From the NCBI RefSeq assembly GCF_006345805.1, contig NC_043000.1, forward strand, positions 129,952,001-130,016,000: a stretch of 64,000 nt of DNA, given 5' to 3'. This document shows, piece after piece, positions 13,186 through 27,799 of the stretch (its first letter is position 1; each line of letters starts with the position of its first letter). The translations under genes and the position numbers were made by a program. This stretch comes from Octopus sinensis (lineage: Eukaryota). The notes beneath the pieces are model-generated. The model did not search any database. It had not been told where the DNA came from and saw only the letters and a list, made by a program, of their open reading frames with translations.

Positions 13186-13599
13186 TCAGCTGAGGTACCA
13201 CAAACATTCAGACATGCCAATACACCAGAGTCGGTGTCACGTTTCTATAATTAGAAATGCATTAACTCGCCTTATAGAACGAGTATTTCGGGAAATGGCG
13301 GTGGGTGGGGGGGCACATAACCACTTATCATTCTAATGCACAACTGATGTACCTCCAGTCGACTCGAATTCCTTGCCAATGGACTAGGAAATCGAGAATG
13401 AAAGAATAAAGCAGGTTGTTCAGTGCAGCCATTCCTCACAATTTTCTATCCTATTGCAGAATTTAAACTTTCAAGCCACAAACAGAGGGTGAGTCGAAAT
13501 TTTTGATTTGGCGATCGAGATATCAGACACGTTTACGACAGTGAAATACTGGCAATTCTATAGTTTCGTCACACAGAATGGGTAATATAGGAAGGAACA

Positions 13600-13655
<56 letters not shown>

Positions 13656-13689
13656 AGAAGAAACAAGATGAAGAACAAAGAAAAGTCAA

Positions 13690-13975
13690 CATTAAGAACA
13701 AAGAGTAGTCATCCAACGTAGTAGGATGAAGGACAGGATAAAATTTGTGCAAGACATGGAAGAATGCTAAAGAGGATAACGACGTCACAAAGCATTTTGT
13801 CAATCGCTCAATTACTTTGGACTTAGGCATCGTCCATGCAATGACAATAACAAATAAATAAGGCACAATACCTGTATATATTAATATGTTCGCATCAGTT
13901 GCCAGGAATATGTTTAATATGTCAATTGGGTTATCCAATCGTATTGCACCGTTAAACTTAGTGGGTATCAAGCTG
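13690..13975 (-). mobile_element. Decayed RTE-like reverse transcriptase fragment
   Basis: ORF 13558-13971 contains GIVPYLFVIVIAWTM (compare QGDxLAPYLFxIVLDxxM) and TTLDDYSL (compare FADD). Confidence 0.5.
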
Positions 13976-14678
13976 TGGGTGTGAATAGTTGATAGGTTAG
14001 GTGTTGGACTGATGAAAGAGCATTAACTCTCGAAAAATGTATATACAGCCATTACCAAATTTTCCCCTATTTGAATGCATTTTTTAGATATACATACTTG
14101 TTTACGAAACGTTGCAAAGCTGGCTCTGAACTCCATAGGAGAACTATATAGATAATCATATATATATATATATAAACACACATACATACATACACACACA
14201 AAATACCTACATACATACATATAAACATACACACACACACACGCACATATATATATATATATGTATTTACTAACGTATATGTGCAAGTATATATGTATAG
14301 GGAGCATGTCGTTCTTAATTTCTAAATAATTATAAAAAATTGTTCTTTCCTGCCTGGGGGTCGATACAACTGCACCAACACAATTAGAAGTATGTTACTC
14401 TCCCTCTCTTCGGGTGTATATATGAGTGCGTGTGTGTGTGTATGTATGTATGTAGATATTATTATTATTATTATTATCAAGTATATATATGCATTATCAA
14501 GTATTTTATGCATACATATATGCAGAAGTGTTTAGCAGCACATTTCTCTGTATATATATATATATATATAATATATATATATATATACATACGCACGCAC
14601 GCACGCATGCACACACACACACATACACACACATATATATATATATAATATATATATATATTATATATATATATATAT

Positions 14679-14800
<122 letters not shown>

Positions 14801-15182
14801 ACATGGTTCCAACTACCATAACTGTTGTCATGATTTGTATATCGCCTTTCAGACTGATTGCTTCCCCACTCCCGCAGATGTTATGTCCTTATTTCTTCTT
14901 TTTTTTCCTTTCTTTTTTTCTTTTGTTCTCACGTTCATTTTTCTCTCCCCCTCAAGATTCCTCTATTTCTTTCTCTTTTTATCTATTTATTCTTTCACTC
15001 TCATTCGTTTTCTCTCTATTTATCTATTTATATCATTCCTTTCTTTTCATTCACTTTGTATGGCAATCCAAAAAACTCGCTGCAGCTGTATCCATTCTCA
15101 AGATGTTTCACGAAAACAGAGAATAAAGGAAAGAATAAAATACAAGAACGCACACACATATACCCAGGCAAATGGTCACACA

Positions 15183-15220
<38 letters not shown>

Positions 15221-18044
15221 CGTGTGTGCCTGTTTATCTCAACAAATGTTTATATTTTCACATACACATATATTTGTTATGTAATACAAATAAATATAGA
15301 GTAAGAAATAAAACACGAGGAACGGCGATTGAAAGAATAATGAAACCGTTATTCTTACGTTGAACAAAGATGAAAAGATATTCTGGATGAAAATTGTCTG
15401 AAAATTGATATAAAGAAATGAAGAACATATGTAAGAAATGAAGGAAAGATGAAAAAGCAAGGGGCAAGGAAATGAATTGGAAGACAGGAAACAAGGAATA
15501 AGAGAATGAAGGAAAAAATGGAAGAATAGCATGTACAGCTGACATAAGAATAATGAAGGAAAGATCAAAAGAAAGCCTCAAAGAATAGATACAAATGAAT
15601 AATGAACAATATAATGTGACTTATAGAATAGTTAAATATGTAATATATAAATAGCAACATCTAGAAATATTTTAAATGTGGAAAGAATATAAGAGAGTAA
15701 AAATGCAGAAATCTATGTTGATATGACACTGCAAAACAGCAAACTGAAACAAGATTTAAAAGAAAAATAAACAGTTATGAAAATGAACAGAATGAGGAAA
15801 CCTACCGTGTGAAATCTACAATGAAAAATTGGAACTAGGATGTTACGAAGTAGAAAACAGAATTGGAAATATTGAAATAGATAAGTGATATTTAAAAAGA
15901 AGTAAACGAGGGCACAAAACTGAGCACAAGATTATAATGGAAAATAGAAACAATAAATTTGAAATTACCAAAAGTATAAGATAGAAATGCACAAATGCAA
16001 AAAACTGAATTGGGAAAAGAATCTGGTGAGCATGGAATGCATGCAATGGAAATCAGAAAACTGAAATGATAAAACTGAATCTAAAAATAATAATGGAAAA
16101 TGGAATTAAACCAGGAAATTTAAATTTAAACAAAATGTACTAAAAACAACCTTCAATGAGAAAAAGGAAAATGTGAAAACATAAACTCGACGGCTGAAAG
16201 AAATACGAAGACTAACAGAGAAAACTTGAATGAAAAAAGAACCGAAATAAGAAAACTGAATTGTTAAACCAGATTTCACAAAACTGAATTAAGATATGAA
16301 ATGAACTGTAAAAAGAAAAAACTGAAATGAAAGGAAATATGAGAAAACTTAAATAAGACGACTGCGGTAAAAAAAAAAAAAAACATTACTGGGAAAACTA
16401 ATTTCCGGAAACTGTATTTAAAAGAAAATTTAAATTAAAAAGTTGGAGATAAATGCCTGACGTGTTAAGACTGATTTGAGAAAATAGAATTGGCCAAAAT
16501 CCATCAGCACCACTATCAAAAGGGAAAAAAATAAACTGAAATGGAATGGAGAAAAAGAAAGAACAGAACTGCGAAATTTAAAATAAAAATAACGAAGCTG
16601 AGTAAAAACTCGATAAATTACTAAGAAAAACGAAGAAAAAATGAGAAAATGTAAGAGAGAAAAGCTTGATCTGAATTAAATTCAACACAACAAAGACAAA
16701 AACAGAAAAAGGAATGAAATTAGAAAGAAATAGACAGAGAAAGCGACACAAACTTGTTAGAAAAAACACAACGTACAGTAACCAAATACTCGATCTTTCT
16801 TTGTCTGGAAGCAGTGCTATTTGAAATATCTATCGTTAATTACGTGATATTAGCAAATAGAAACGGCAGGGGATGTAATAGGATACCCTTCTCCACGACT
16901 CCAACAAAATAGTACAAATAAATACAAAATGAAAATTTATAGAAAATATATTCCATATTGAGAAAATACGACGAGAGAAATGAAAAACAAACACAGAGGG
17001 GAAATTTACAAGGAATGTGTTAAAAGAACGAAGAATTGTGATTTCTGCTCTAACAACTAACAATCTGTCTAGCTCGAATTAATAAACAAACATTGATTTC
17101 TAATTCTAGCTCAAGGTATGGGTCTGCATCCAATTCAAATTTCAGTCTGAATATTACTAGTCTTTAAGATAAATAATGCAAAGTCTACCTTGGTGGAATT
17201 TGAACTCAGAGTATGCATAAAATAAATAAATACTGTAACATAGTCAGACTGGTACTGGGCTGTTTCTGCATCCACACTCATCAGCTGACATGGTTGTAGA
17301 TATAACTCATAGGCGCAGATATGATTAATGTAAGGAATCTTAACTTGTAAATGAAAGCTAATAATATTTTTTTCTGTTACACCATTGATGCGTCTACTCA
17401 TATATATTAATATAAATATACTAATAGCAATGACGCCAAAGAAATGAAGGCGATGTTGTTACATAGAATTATTCAAGGTTACGACCGTTTCGAATGACTA
17501 GAGGAAGAATTTCATCGCTATAAATTAGTTTGTGCGCATGATAAATCAAATACTGAAATAGTTCATCCTCAACCATTCTCATCAGACCCTAAAGTTTTCT
17601 TTCCTGTATTTCTACAATTCCTACGTTCTATCACTGTACTTACAGATATACATATGTTTGGTTTACACACGCGCGCATACACATACATACAAAAACACTC
17701 ATTCACACACATAAAATAAATCCAGCTAGAAACTGAACGATGATAGTTTTGTGTTCTCTCCATAGGATGCTTCTAAATATTTCATTCAATATCTCTATCT
17801 TCATGAGACAGGAGAGCAATCTAGAATGGAAATATTTACACGAATCTTCCATTAGAACCTTATAAAGACCCTTCCGTATTAGGTGCTAGATAAGAAAAAC
17901 ACCAAGTTTCTGAGTAATGCCTCCAGTTTGCTTAAAACAAAAGAAAAGAACGACAACAAATAAATACAAAAGAAATAGGACAACAGGTGCCACCTAATTA
18001 GGTTGATATAGCTGTTCGAGTATTTTGATTTGTAACATTCATAG

Positions 18045-18430
18045 AAGAAATTTCGCCAGCCACTACTTTCCGAGTTCAAATTCCGCCGAGGTCGACCTTG
18101 CCTTTCGGGGTCGATAAAATGAGTACCAGTTGAGTACTGGGGTCGATGTAATCGACTAGTCTCCTCCTCACAAATCTCAGTTCTTGTGCCTATAGTAGAA
18201 AGGATTATTATTATGATGAGGGTGAAGAACAGATAAAATTTTTAGAACGCCGGACAAAATGCTAAGCGTCTTTCTTCCGGCTGTTTATATTACAAGTTAA
18301 GATACTGTCAACGTTCAATTTACCTTTCATCTTTTCGGGTCGATACAATAACAGTTGCGCATTAGTGTCGATGTATATAGACTAAAGCCCTGTCTCTAAA
18401 GTTGCTGGCCTTACTCCAAAATTTGAATTT
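18045..18430 (+). mobile_element. Two adjacent SINE family B copies (about 18045-18210 and 18220-18430)
   Basis: gagttcaaattccgccgaggtcgacc..ggggtcgataaaatgagtaccag..actggggtcgatgtaatcgact. The second copy is more diverged. Both end in (att)n. Confidence 0.75.
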
Positions 18431-19374
18431 ATTATTATTATTATCACCATGATGATTATGCTGATAATAATAAAAATAGAGATGGCGAAAACATGATGAA
18501 AATTAAATACAAAATATTTATAGCATCAGTAGAAGCTGTAACAAGTTTGAGAAATTAAATCAGGTGTAGTAAGATAAATAAAGCCTTAAGATAGTGTTAC
18601 CAGAAGTGCTTATTTAACATTGCAATGACGTCATGATGCCTCGGAAACTGTTAGGACAATCATTGTTTAACTTACAGCTTTATTCACAGCTGGGTTTCTC
18701 CATCTACAGAAAAAACAGGTGCAATTTAGAATCTAGCAAGTGAGCTGTGTAAACTACATGTTCCTTTCGGCTGGATAAAGGTCTGCTGACCATATTCGGT
18801 GATATATGAGAGTGTTGTGTTTAATTTAAGTTTGAATAAAGGAATTAGTGCATAATAAGTTATTTCAGACGGAAAATGGGTTACATCTGTTGATGTTAGC
18901 ATTGAGGTTAATATTTAGGATATAGTTAAAAATACAGAGAACATATAATCAATATATATATAGTGCTCTAAGGTTGCTTCTATATTTTTATGTTCGCTGT
19001 TCATGAGTAAAACTTCCGGCAGACTGCAGCTAGACGTCATAGATTACTTCGAATGAAAATAAATTCTTTGAAGCAATCTTTCAAGAATGAAAGTAAACAA
19101 AATTGAATTAAATTTTTTAAAACTAAATTGAAAGCAAATACAAATTATTACATTTGAGCATGTTTTTTTTTTTTTTTTTTTTACATAATTGGCATACTGT
19201 TTCACAGTGAAGGATGTAAAGCACGTTTTAAACAGATTAAAGACAACGGAAAATAAGCAGACAAGCTGAAATTTTATATCCATTAGAAAAAGTAATCTAG
19301 AGAATAGGATTTTCAATATCTTCAGTACATCTGAAAAACATTTTGTAGATAACATATTCTAATCAGTTGAGTTC

Positions 19375-19580
19375 TATTTCCGACTGGCAGACACGCTGGT
19401 TGCTGGTGTTGTTTACTCAATGTCAGTTTTGATCCACTGACTCATGAACAACAAATATTTCAGTCGTGTCCAAATCCTCCAATGGGTCATTCACTTTTAA
19501 AGAATGTAATTTGAAGGACATTCAGTTGCTATTTTTAGCAAATCTAACGACCACATAGAGTTCTCTTATTGGCTTATAAT
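19375..19580 (-). mobile_element. Old decayed interspersed repeat, family F (probably a SINE)
   Basis: gtaatttgaaggacattcagttgctatttttagc is the reverse of the motif ctagaaatagca..caaatc..cttcaaat seen at about 20543, 36415 and 37367. Confidence 0.45.
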
Positions 19581-19719
19581 CGTACTGGTTTATTAAACAA
19601 ATATATTTCAATATTCACAATAATGTATTGAACATTGCGATAAATTTCAATAAGCCGTCTATGCACCCTTTACTCGATCCTTAATTTTCGCTACACCCTT
19701 TTTGTATATATGTATACTA

Positions 19720-19964
19720 ATATTTCGTTTTGGGATTTGGTTTGGAAGATTCTTTATTTGAGTTCGTGTGTTGAAGCATATTCTGTTGTGTCTTGGGAGA
19801 GTCATATTCTTTTTGGGCCTTATAATGTAACACATTCATTGGTAAAATTTCCACTTATTTCTTATTTTTATTTTCCTAAAATTTTCGTTGCGTCTTGCAT
19901 CCTTTTCAATAGTCTTCAGACATTATAAGGCACAAAAATAAAATGACTCTCCCCAGACACAACA
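19720..19964. mobile_element. Short repeat unit with a partial inverted duplication (Penelope-like terminal arrangement)
   Basis: Arms 19784-19828 and 19920-19964 are imperfect reverse complements. The same family recurs, also inverted, at 36544-36699. Confidence 0.6.
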
Positions 19965-20736
19965 TACTATATATATTTACTATATACCTTCTAATAAAAT
20001 GTCTATTCAACATTGTACAAACTTTCAGTAAAGAAAACTGGTATTCTACTTGGTTAAAATATGTCATTGCTTATCCGCTTTGGTGAACGACAAAGAATAT
20101 AGTTAATCTATAGCCGGATCAAGTTTAAAAATATGGATTTGATTCTTAGTTGGAATAGTTTCGCTTCACTGAAATTTCTAATGTTCTTTAAAATATATGA
20201 AAGCTACAAGTTCAAATGGATTACCTCGTATCTAACGTTACGAAATTCCATTCTAGTATATTTAAAGCTCTGTATCTAGTTAACTGAAAACAATATAGCG
20301 TTAAACCTCCCAACGAGCCACTTACCGAGTGTACTCGTATCGTTTTAGTTACGTGATCTCACATCACTAATGCCGCTAACTCTCTTCTGTAAAATCTGAG
20401 CGTCAGTAGTATTTATTTAACCGAGTCTCAAAGTCTGAGGTCCTGAATCTGTGCAATTAAACGAAAGATAACAGGGTACTATAGAATAAAACTTGACATA
20501 ATGCGATAAAGAAGGGAATCTTTAATATTGGCACTAGATTTGCTAGAAATAGCGACCAAATCTGTTTAACTGCAGTCAACTCTGGATAGTATAAATCATA
20601 ACCTAGTGTACATTACACATGACAAATTGAACAGGATTGTGATGGCTTAAATTCCTAAGACTAGAGGTCTGATAGCTCAGAGTCTACATGGGGCTAAGTG
20701 ACAACGAAAATAACAAAAATAATAACTACACATTAT

Positions 20737-20920
20737 GGTTTCAAATTTTGCCACCACAAGGGCAGCCATTTTGAGGGAGGTGATTAATCGATTACATCGA
20801 CCCCAATGGATGAAAGGCAAAGTCAACCTCAGCGGAATTTGAACTCAGAACATGAAGACAGACGAAATGCCGCTAAGCATTTCGCCCGGCGTGCTAACGA
20901 TTCTGCTAGCTCACCGCCTT
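20737..20920 (-). mobile_element. SINE family B (internally deleted)
   Basis: gatgaaaggcaaagtcaacctcagcggaatttgaactcagaac...gctaagcatttcgcccggcgtgctaacgattctgctagctcaccgcctt. Confidence 0.85.
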
Positions 20921-22175
20921 AGTAACCACATATAATGATACAATTAAAACGAAAAAAAAATATACACACCCGTATATAGACAAGAGGCAAATGCTTTTGT
21001 GCAGTATTCGATAATCTATCAAATCGACACCATAGCCCTGTTCTGGCTTTTTAACGTCTCCAGGTATTGCACTTCAGAGAAACGTTAACATGCCATCATT
21101 TATTTCTGAGCACAAATCGTTCAGTAACTTCTTCAATCAATTCATATATATATTAGGCATTGAATTGGACATAATGTTTGTGTGCCTTTTGTGAAGTACC
21201 TAACTTGAGGTTTAATTTAAGTAAATGAAATACATATCAGAAGTATCCATAATCTGTCATCGAACCTATGGGACCGTGCCTCTCCCTACTTCGATAATGC
21301 ACTAGACGCTATGGCGGATTCAAGTAAAATATCAGCCTCTGTCTATGGTAAGAAAAAACGACATAACGTCACGGGATTTGCAACTTACTACTCTTTAAAT
21401 ATGAAGATCAACAGAGCTAACCTTTCTACAATCTCAATACAAACGGTTTGAAGATGGTAGCAAGTTCATGAATTATCGGTAGAAATCGAAATTGTTACAG
21501 ATGTTTCCTCTGTTCATTTAGAGTTTATTAGGTAGAACATTGCATCATATGTGTGTGTGTATGTATGTGTGTGTGTGTTTGTGGCTATTATCTCTATCAG
21601 ACTTGTTCTTGTGAACACATACAAGCGAATATTAATTAGCTCCCCACTGTCGTCCACTTTACTTGCAAATAGTATAATGCAGGAATAGCATGTAGAATTA
21701 TTCACAAAGATATACCTATTCTTTGTGTAAATCTAGATAAAACATAAAAGAAATAGGCAATATCATCAAACGATTCAAATTGCCCACCAATTCTGGCAAA
21801 ACTGATGAAAATTACGACAGCCCAATTAAACGTAGATTGAAATCTGAAAAACGACCACCACTATACCAACAGAAATAACGTTTGAAGAGGATCTCTACTG
21901 ATTACTAGAAACTTTGAATTTAGTGTTGTAATTTATAGGTTCCAAGCAAATCTAAAAGAGGGTCATAGACGATAGCAAGGATTCCGAATGTGTTTAAATC
22001 TAATAGGGGAATTTCAAAAACCTCCAGCAAAAGACTATGCAACTACTACAACATACCCTTAATGGAAAGTAAAACCTTAAATGACACCCACAATAAGAAG
22101 CAAAATAACTTCGGGCTGTAAATTATAGAAGGTTGGTTTAGACCTTATATGTGCGCCCAATGCCCACAAATAACC

Positions 22176-22485
22176 ATTCTTTCTTTTCTTTTCTTTTTGC
22201 CCTTTTCAAGCCTAGCCACGCTTATGGGCCCGGTTCCCCGGTTTCTGTGGTGTAAGTGTTCCCCCAGATGGACGGGACGCCAGTCCATCGCAGCGTTGCT
22301 CGAGAAACGGTAAGAGAGCGTGAGAGAAAGTTGGGGCGAAAGAGTACAACAGCAGTTGCCACCACTCCCTGCCGGAGCCTCGTGGAGCTTTTAGGTGTTT
22401 TCGCTCAATAAACAAACACAATGTCCAGTCTGGGAATCGAAACCGATCCTCCAACCCCGAGTCCGATGCCCTAACAACTGGGCCA
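22176..22485 (-). mobile_element. SINE family C with tail X; 11-bp target-site duplication
   Basis: Reverse of the 47792-48110 copy. TSD cacaaataacc at 22165-22175 and 22486-22496. T-rich tail on the + strand. Confidence 0.9.
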
Positions 22486-23509
22486 CACAAATAACCGTAG
22501 TTTACATTTATGGGCGATAAGTAGTACTACTGTGCATTCTTCTTTACTCTCAGGAACCAGAATGCATATCTCGATTGCTTTATAATGTCTAAATTGTAGT
22601 ATTATTCTCTTAAAATTATTAACTACCAAACGCACACGCATACACACGCATACACATATACAAACACAGCGAGTGTGCGCGCGCTTCTCTGTGAATACAT
22701 ATCTATTTTGTATCTCGGTATCTCGAGAGGATCATTATGCCAATGATAAATACTTACTGGATGTATTTCTCTTGTTTGTTATTCGTTAATTGGTTAAATA
22801 TTGAACCAATTAACTAATAGTAAATAAGTAAAATAAAGCCAGTGCGTGTGTTTATTATTGGCATAATGACCCTCTAGAGGCACAACAAAATCTGTTTCAA
22901 CGCACAAGTTCACATTAATAATCTTGTGCGACAAAAACAAAAATGCAGTACATACATATATGTGTGTGTGTATATATTCTGATCCGTCTATAACTTTCAG
23001 GACTTAACACCCAGCGTAATGAAGGAGTCACCTCCCTGACGCTATAGGCAGCGAATCGGTGAACAAACAAAACACATACATTGAAAATGTGCGCTCGATA
23101 ATTCTTACAACACCAGCGATGCTTCTAATGTTATTGAATGTAACCTTAAATATGCACTACCATAGAATATCAGCGAATGGATCTTTGCATAATTTGTATA
23201 TAGTCATGAACTTGCGATTCGAGCCGTCCACAATTCGGTTCAGGTACGTCATGTTGATAAGCCGCAAAAAATGGAGAAATTTCGGTATCCATCACTCCTA
23301 AATGGTATCGCAAGCGAGTCTCTCGCCTGTCAATGACTTTCAGGTGTTCTAACACCAAGCACGATGAGGCAGTCGCGCCTCCAGACATTGTTCCACAGCA
23401 AACCGGTGAAAAGCAAAACAGATTCATTATAATGCGTGCGGTGGATAATGGTTACGCCACCAGCGGTGCTTTTAATTCGTTATTGAATCTATCTTTCTAT
23501 CTATCTATC

Positions 23510-23540
<31 letters not shown>

Positions 23541-23573
23541 CATATATGTGTGTGTATATATACAAAGTGAGAG

Positions 23574-23610
<37 letters not shown>

Positions 23611-24385
23611 CCTTACCAGTGTAAACAGCTATAGAAATATTTTGTTTAGGTTCTTCTATGAAACGTACATTTCGTATTTAGTCTATTTTCTGCTCGATGT
23701 TTCCATCAGTATATATTATCGATCATTTTCAGGTGTGCTATTCTTACTTACATCTATTTTAGATTGTTAAGTACTTCGAATCATTATTCGCAGTATAGGG
23801 CAGGTTTAATGATCTTATCCATTATACGACAACATTCATTAAAGTTTGGCATATCCAAACTCATTTCTATCAACCATATTGTGTGGTTGTCTTCTTTGAT
23901 ATACTAATTAGATTTTCAGCAAGAGATACATGAACTGCGTCTTTGATTTCTCACTGTGTTTAAAATGGCATTTGTCGCTAATGGAAATCTCAAGCCCTAC
24001 AGTCAGGCACTTTCCTTTTACCCAACTTATATACATTTAGCTCTTCTTCATTTTCCGATGTTGTTCACAGACTTTAATATCCTTCTATTCTGATTATATT
24101 CTCACCCCTTTGCACTTTTATAAAACCTCCATTAAGTAAATATATAACGTTATAACATTAATTCTTAAATTTGTATCACGCTTCTATTAGTTTTACAATG
24201 GCCAAACACTTGTTGAATGTAGTATCCCTCTTAAATTTTGTTTTGACATCCTGTTTTGTATACACGCTCTCAGAAAGATTGTCATCGTAGATTTTGGTTT
24301 TATGCGCATCAAATACAACGTAGATTATTTTTCATCTCATATTAGAAATATTTGTTCCCAGATATAAATTCTTCCCGTGACATAT

Positions 24386-24398
24386 AATAATAATAATA

Positions 24399-24438
<40 letters not shown>

Positions 24439-24616
24439 TGTGTACAGTGCTCAGGTGCACTACAACTCATCTAAAGTGTATATATAATCAGGTGTAGTTT
24501 CGGCGGATTTCGGAAAGCATGAGGGCCTTAAAAGATGCAGTGTCATGGCAGTCAACAACTGACGCAGGCAGTTTATTCCATGCTTCAGCAACTCTGAGCG
24601 TGAAAAAATGTTTCCA
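24386..24616 (-). mobile_element. 3' end of a CR1/L2-group LINE with an (ATT)n tail
   Basis: Minus frame HFFTLRVAEAWNKLPASVVDCHDTASFKALM is the typical FFxxRVxxxWNxLPxxVV..FK C-terminus. A short UTR and an (AAT)n tract follow. Confidence 0.8.
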
Positions 24617-24945
24617 TTCTTGAATATCTAATGCACTTATATATGGATTATAGTCATAAGATATTTCAATTCTTAACACTATATCGTTAGTGAACCACAA
24701 AATTAAAACCGAACAAACAATGCAATGACATAGAAATAAGTGAATTATTGTAAGCATACAAATTAATGTATGTATGCAAAGAAGAACGTACATAGAGGAT
24801 ATGATTTAAGAATAGTATTGATACGATCAAATATTCAAAAGATAGACATCGATCTCTCTGGAGTCATACGTGTAAAACAATTGGTCAGTGCTTTCTGTGC
24901 TTTTACACACATACTCTCCGTCTGTCTGTCTATTTCTCTCTCTCA

Positions 24946-24992
<47 letters not shown>

Positions 24993-25119
24993 TTCCCAAC
25001 CATTATGTATTCAGGATGATATTAAATAATGCATAGTATAGAAGTTATTATTGATAAGTACATTTCAGATGGGGATTAACCATGTGTTGAGAAACAAACA
25101 TATACTATTCTTTTCTTCG

Positions 25120-25342
25120 TGTTACTAGTTTCAGTTATTGGAGGGCGACCAATCTGGAGCACCGCCTCGAAAGGCTTTATTTGATTGCATATGAAAGGGA
25201 TTTCTGCACATTTTCTCATCAAATATATTCACATAGCTTTGACAGGTTCGGAGCTATGGTACAATCACCTACCAAAAAGGCCGCGTAGTGGGCCTCAACT
25301 CCAAATTAAGCGGTCGCAAAACGTGAACTTCTCAATCGCACA
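25120..25342 (-). mobile_element. Decayed SINE family A
   Basis: gtttcagttattgg..ctggagcaccgcc tail and ggccgcgtagtggg head remnants. Confidence 0.6.
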
Positions 25343-25899
25343 TTGAGTTAAATCATAACAAAGAAAAAAAAAATTTTGCTGGATTGGGAATTGCCTGTTT
25401 GTATCCTGATCTGTGTGTGCGTATCATTTATCTCATTAGTAGGCATTGATATTTTTTCGAGTCACGTGTAAATCAAATTTAACCACGGAAGCTATATTTG
25501 ATTTTATCTAATTACAACTATGGCTGAAATTCAATCGAAGTTTGGTTGATCACGATCGTCTTTATATAATTATATTCATATACGGAATCCTTGTCTTCTT
25601 CAATGCTATTCTAGGCATCTGACTTTCTACATATTCTGTTGTTCTATATTAATTTCATTCATTAGTGAATAGGAAAGTGTCCTGACACTCTATGATTTTG
25701 TATTGTTCTTATATCTCTTTGCTGTTTCCTGTTTGAGGAAATTCTCGTTCGATTTTGGGGCCTCTAAAGTTAGGCCATTGCAGTGCAGTTCATATTGCAA
25801 CTGAGACGTTACTGTTTGGAGTTCGTAGCAATATCAGCCCGGAGGTACTTCCAGTGGGGACTACCGTCTCTTTTTTCATTTTTAGAACAGCATTATCCA

Positions 25900-26235
25900 A
25901 TATACCATCATTTCTTAAGACGGTCAGGGTGTCATTTAATGGAGATTTGGCTATTGTTTTGTGAACATTTTGCAGTATGAACATATTATTGTTGGTATGT
26001 CGGCAAAAATGCTGCGCAATGTCAAAAGTTTGGTGATATAGTGTCTTTCAAGATTGGTTCGATGTTCTTGATTGCAATTCTTCCTCTAACTTCACTTGGA
26101 TTGTTAACTTATAAATATAAACTTGTCTCCAAACTTTTACTGATATCATCAAAGACCATTTACGGTTTCTTACCTTACAACAAAGCTACATGGTATCAGG
26201 GCAAGGAACCACATTATATAACTAGTAAAAATCGA
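25900..26235 (-). mobile_element. Possible highly decayed non-LTR RT fragment (L1/Tx1-like)
   Basis: Frameshifted minus frames give DISKSLETSLYL..RIAIKNIEPILKDTISPN..AF..NNNMFILQNV, reminiscent of RPISL..YK..IA.R...L...ISP.Q.GF...DN..ILQ. Confidence 0.35.
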
Positions 26236-26671
26236 CCTTCGAAACAGATAAAGTCAAATCAAACTACAGATTGCTTAAACTTATAAGTTGAAAAATGTAA
26301 ACACTGCTATCCATATTGTCTGGCAATTTACTAATTCCTACTTCCACTTCTGTCTCACAAATTTGCTGTCTTTTCTCTGTCTCTGGTTACGACTACCCCA
26401 ACTCACTCGTTTCTTGTCATTTTGTCACATATATTCTATTCACATCTTCAGCTCCTGGCCTAATGGCTTTACTGGACCCTTTTGCATCAGAGAAATATCT
26501 CATTCTATTTCTCTGTATTCGTCGTCGTCAACTGCTTAAGTGGGACGTTTAAGTTGTCGATCTCAACACTTTCGATGGGCCTGGAAAGTACATGAACAGA
26601 ACTCCTTCCTCCAGGATAAAGCGTGAAACCAGCTTATATATGATTTGTGTGTATATGTGAATGGAAAGACA

Positions 26672-26977
26672 GATATGTCCCGAGGGAGATCAAAGAGGAA
26701 AAGGATCCCATCAACTTTAAACGGAGTCTGGATAGATTCCTTCAAAAAATACCAGATAAGCCACCCATAATTGGATACAACTCACCCAACAAGAACTCAC
26801 TACTTGAACAAAACTTGATACAACTCACCCAACAAGAACTCACTACTTGAACAAAACTTGACTTAAACAAAACTTGCCTTAAACAGGATTCGAATAATCC
26901 TATCAGGTGGTGCTATTAAGTTAGACATGGCCTGGACCAATCTTTGGTCGAAACATATCTAAGTTTATCTAAGTTTA
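26672..26977 (+). mobile_element. LINE B 3' fragment with an internal 43-bp tandem duplication
   Basis: Reads VPREIKEEKDPINFKRSLDRFLQKIPDKPPIIGYNSPNKNSLLE. The tail matches the reverse of 4991-5075. 26774-26816 is repeated at 26817-26859. Confidence 0.9.
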
Positions 26978-27184
26978 TATATATGTGTGTGTGTATAGAG
27001 AGAGAGAGAGAGAGAGAGAGAAAGAAAGAGAGAGAGAGAGAGATACAGTTCGATTTGAAAATCCCACTAGAATGGGAGAAAGCGCTAATATATGATCTAA
27101 GTTATATGATGTATAAAAACATGTAATATGCAAATAAATATCTGTAACTATAAAACCATCCGAATTTCTGAGTACCTCATTTCT

Positions 27185-27273
<89 letters not shown>

Positions 27274-27799
27274 GAGAGACAGGCACATAGACTGTCAGAC
27301 AGTTATATCAAATCATGAAGTTCTTTGATAAATAAGATAACACCTAAAAATAAATATAATTCTGCAGCATCATGTCACCTGTACTTGACTCCTGAAACAT
27401 TAAAATTAATGAACGTGCGACTATGATAGGAATTCTCATTTTGACATTCCGAGTTCTAGATAATCACTACTATTTTTAACTCATAGAGAATACAACTATT
27501 CTGAATCGCCCTAAATAGCATTGTAACAATGATACACACTGCAAACTACTGTGCTCTGTATTGTATTGTAGTTAAGTCAATACTGGACAGTTTAATTTTG
27601 CGGGGATTTAATTTCAGTTAAGAAACATGATTTCAATATTCGTAACAAGAAACTAACTATGGAATATTCTACGAACAAAACCACAATGTAGATACTATTC
27701 AATGCAAAATATCTGTCAAGCTGAATATAAACACGGCATTCAGTGACGATATACATATATTACATACATATATACATATAGGCCACAAAAACAATCAAA

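Noticed and set aside
15800-15835. Minus-strand 10-nt micro-exon (tttttcattgtag|atttcacacg|gtaggt); a similar 13-nt case at about 27378-27390
   Set aside because: Neither preserves frame, both lie in AT-rich sequence where such motifs are common, and there is no other support.
21770-21850. CTGATGA...GAAA hammerhead-like motif
   Set aside because: Stem I does not abut the core, and stem III and the cleavage triplet are mismatched.
23050-23470. Relatively GC-rich unique segment with short ORFs
   Set aside because: It may be a transposon relic or regulatory element, but I find no motif, terminal repeats or splice signals that I can support.
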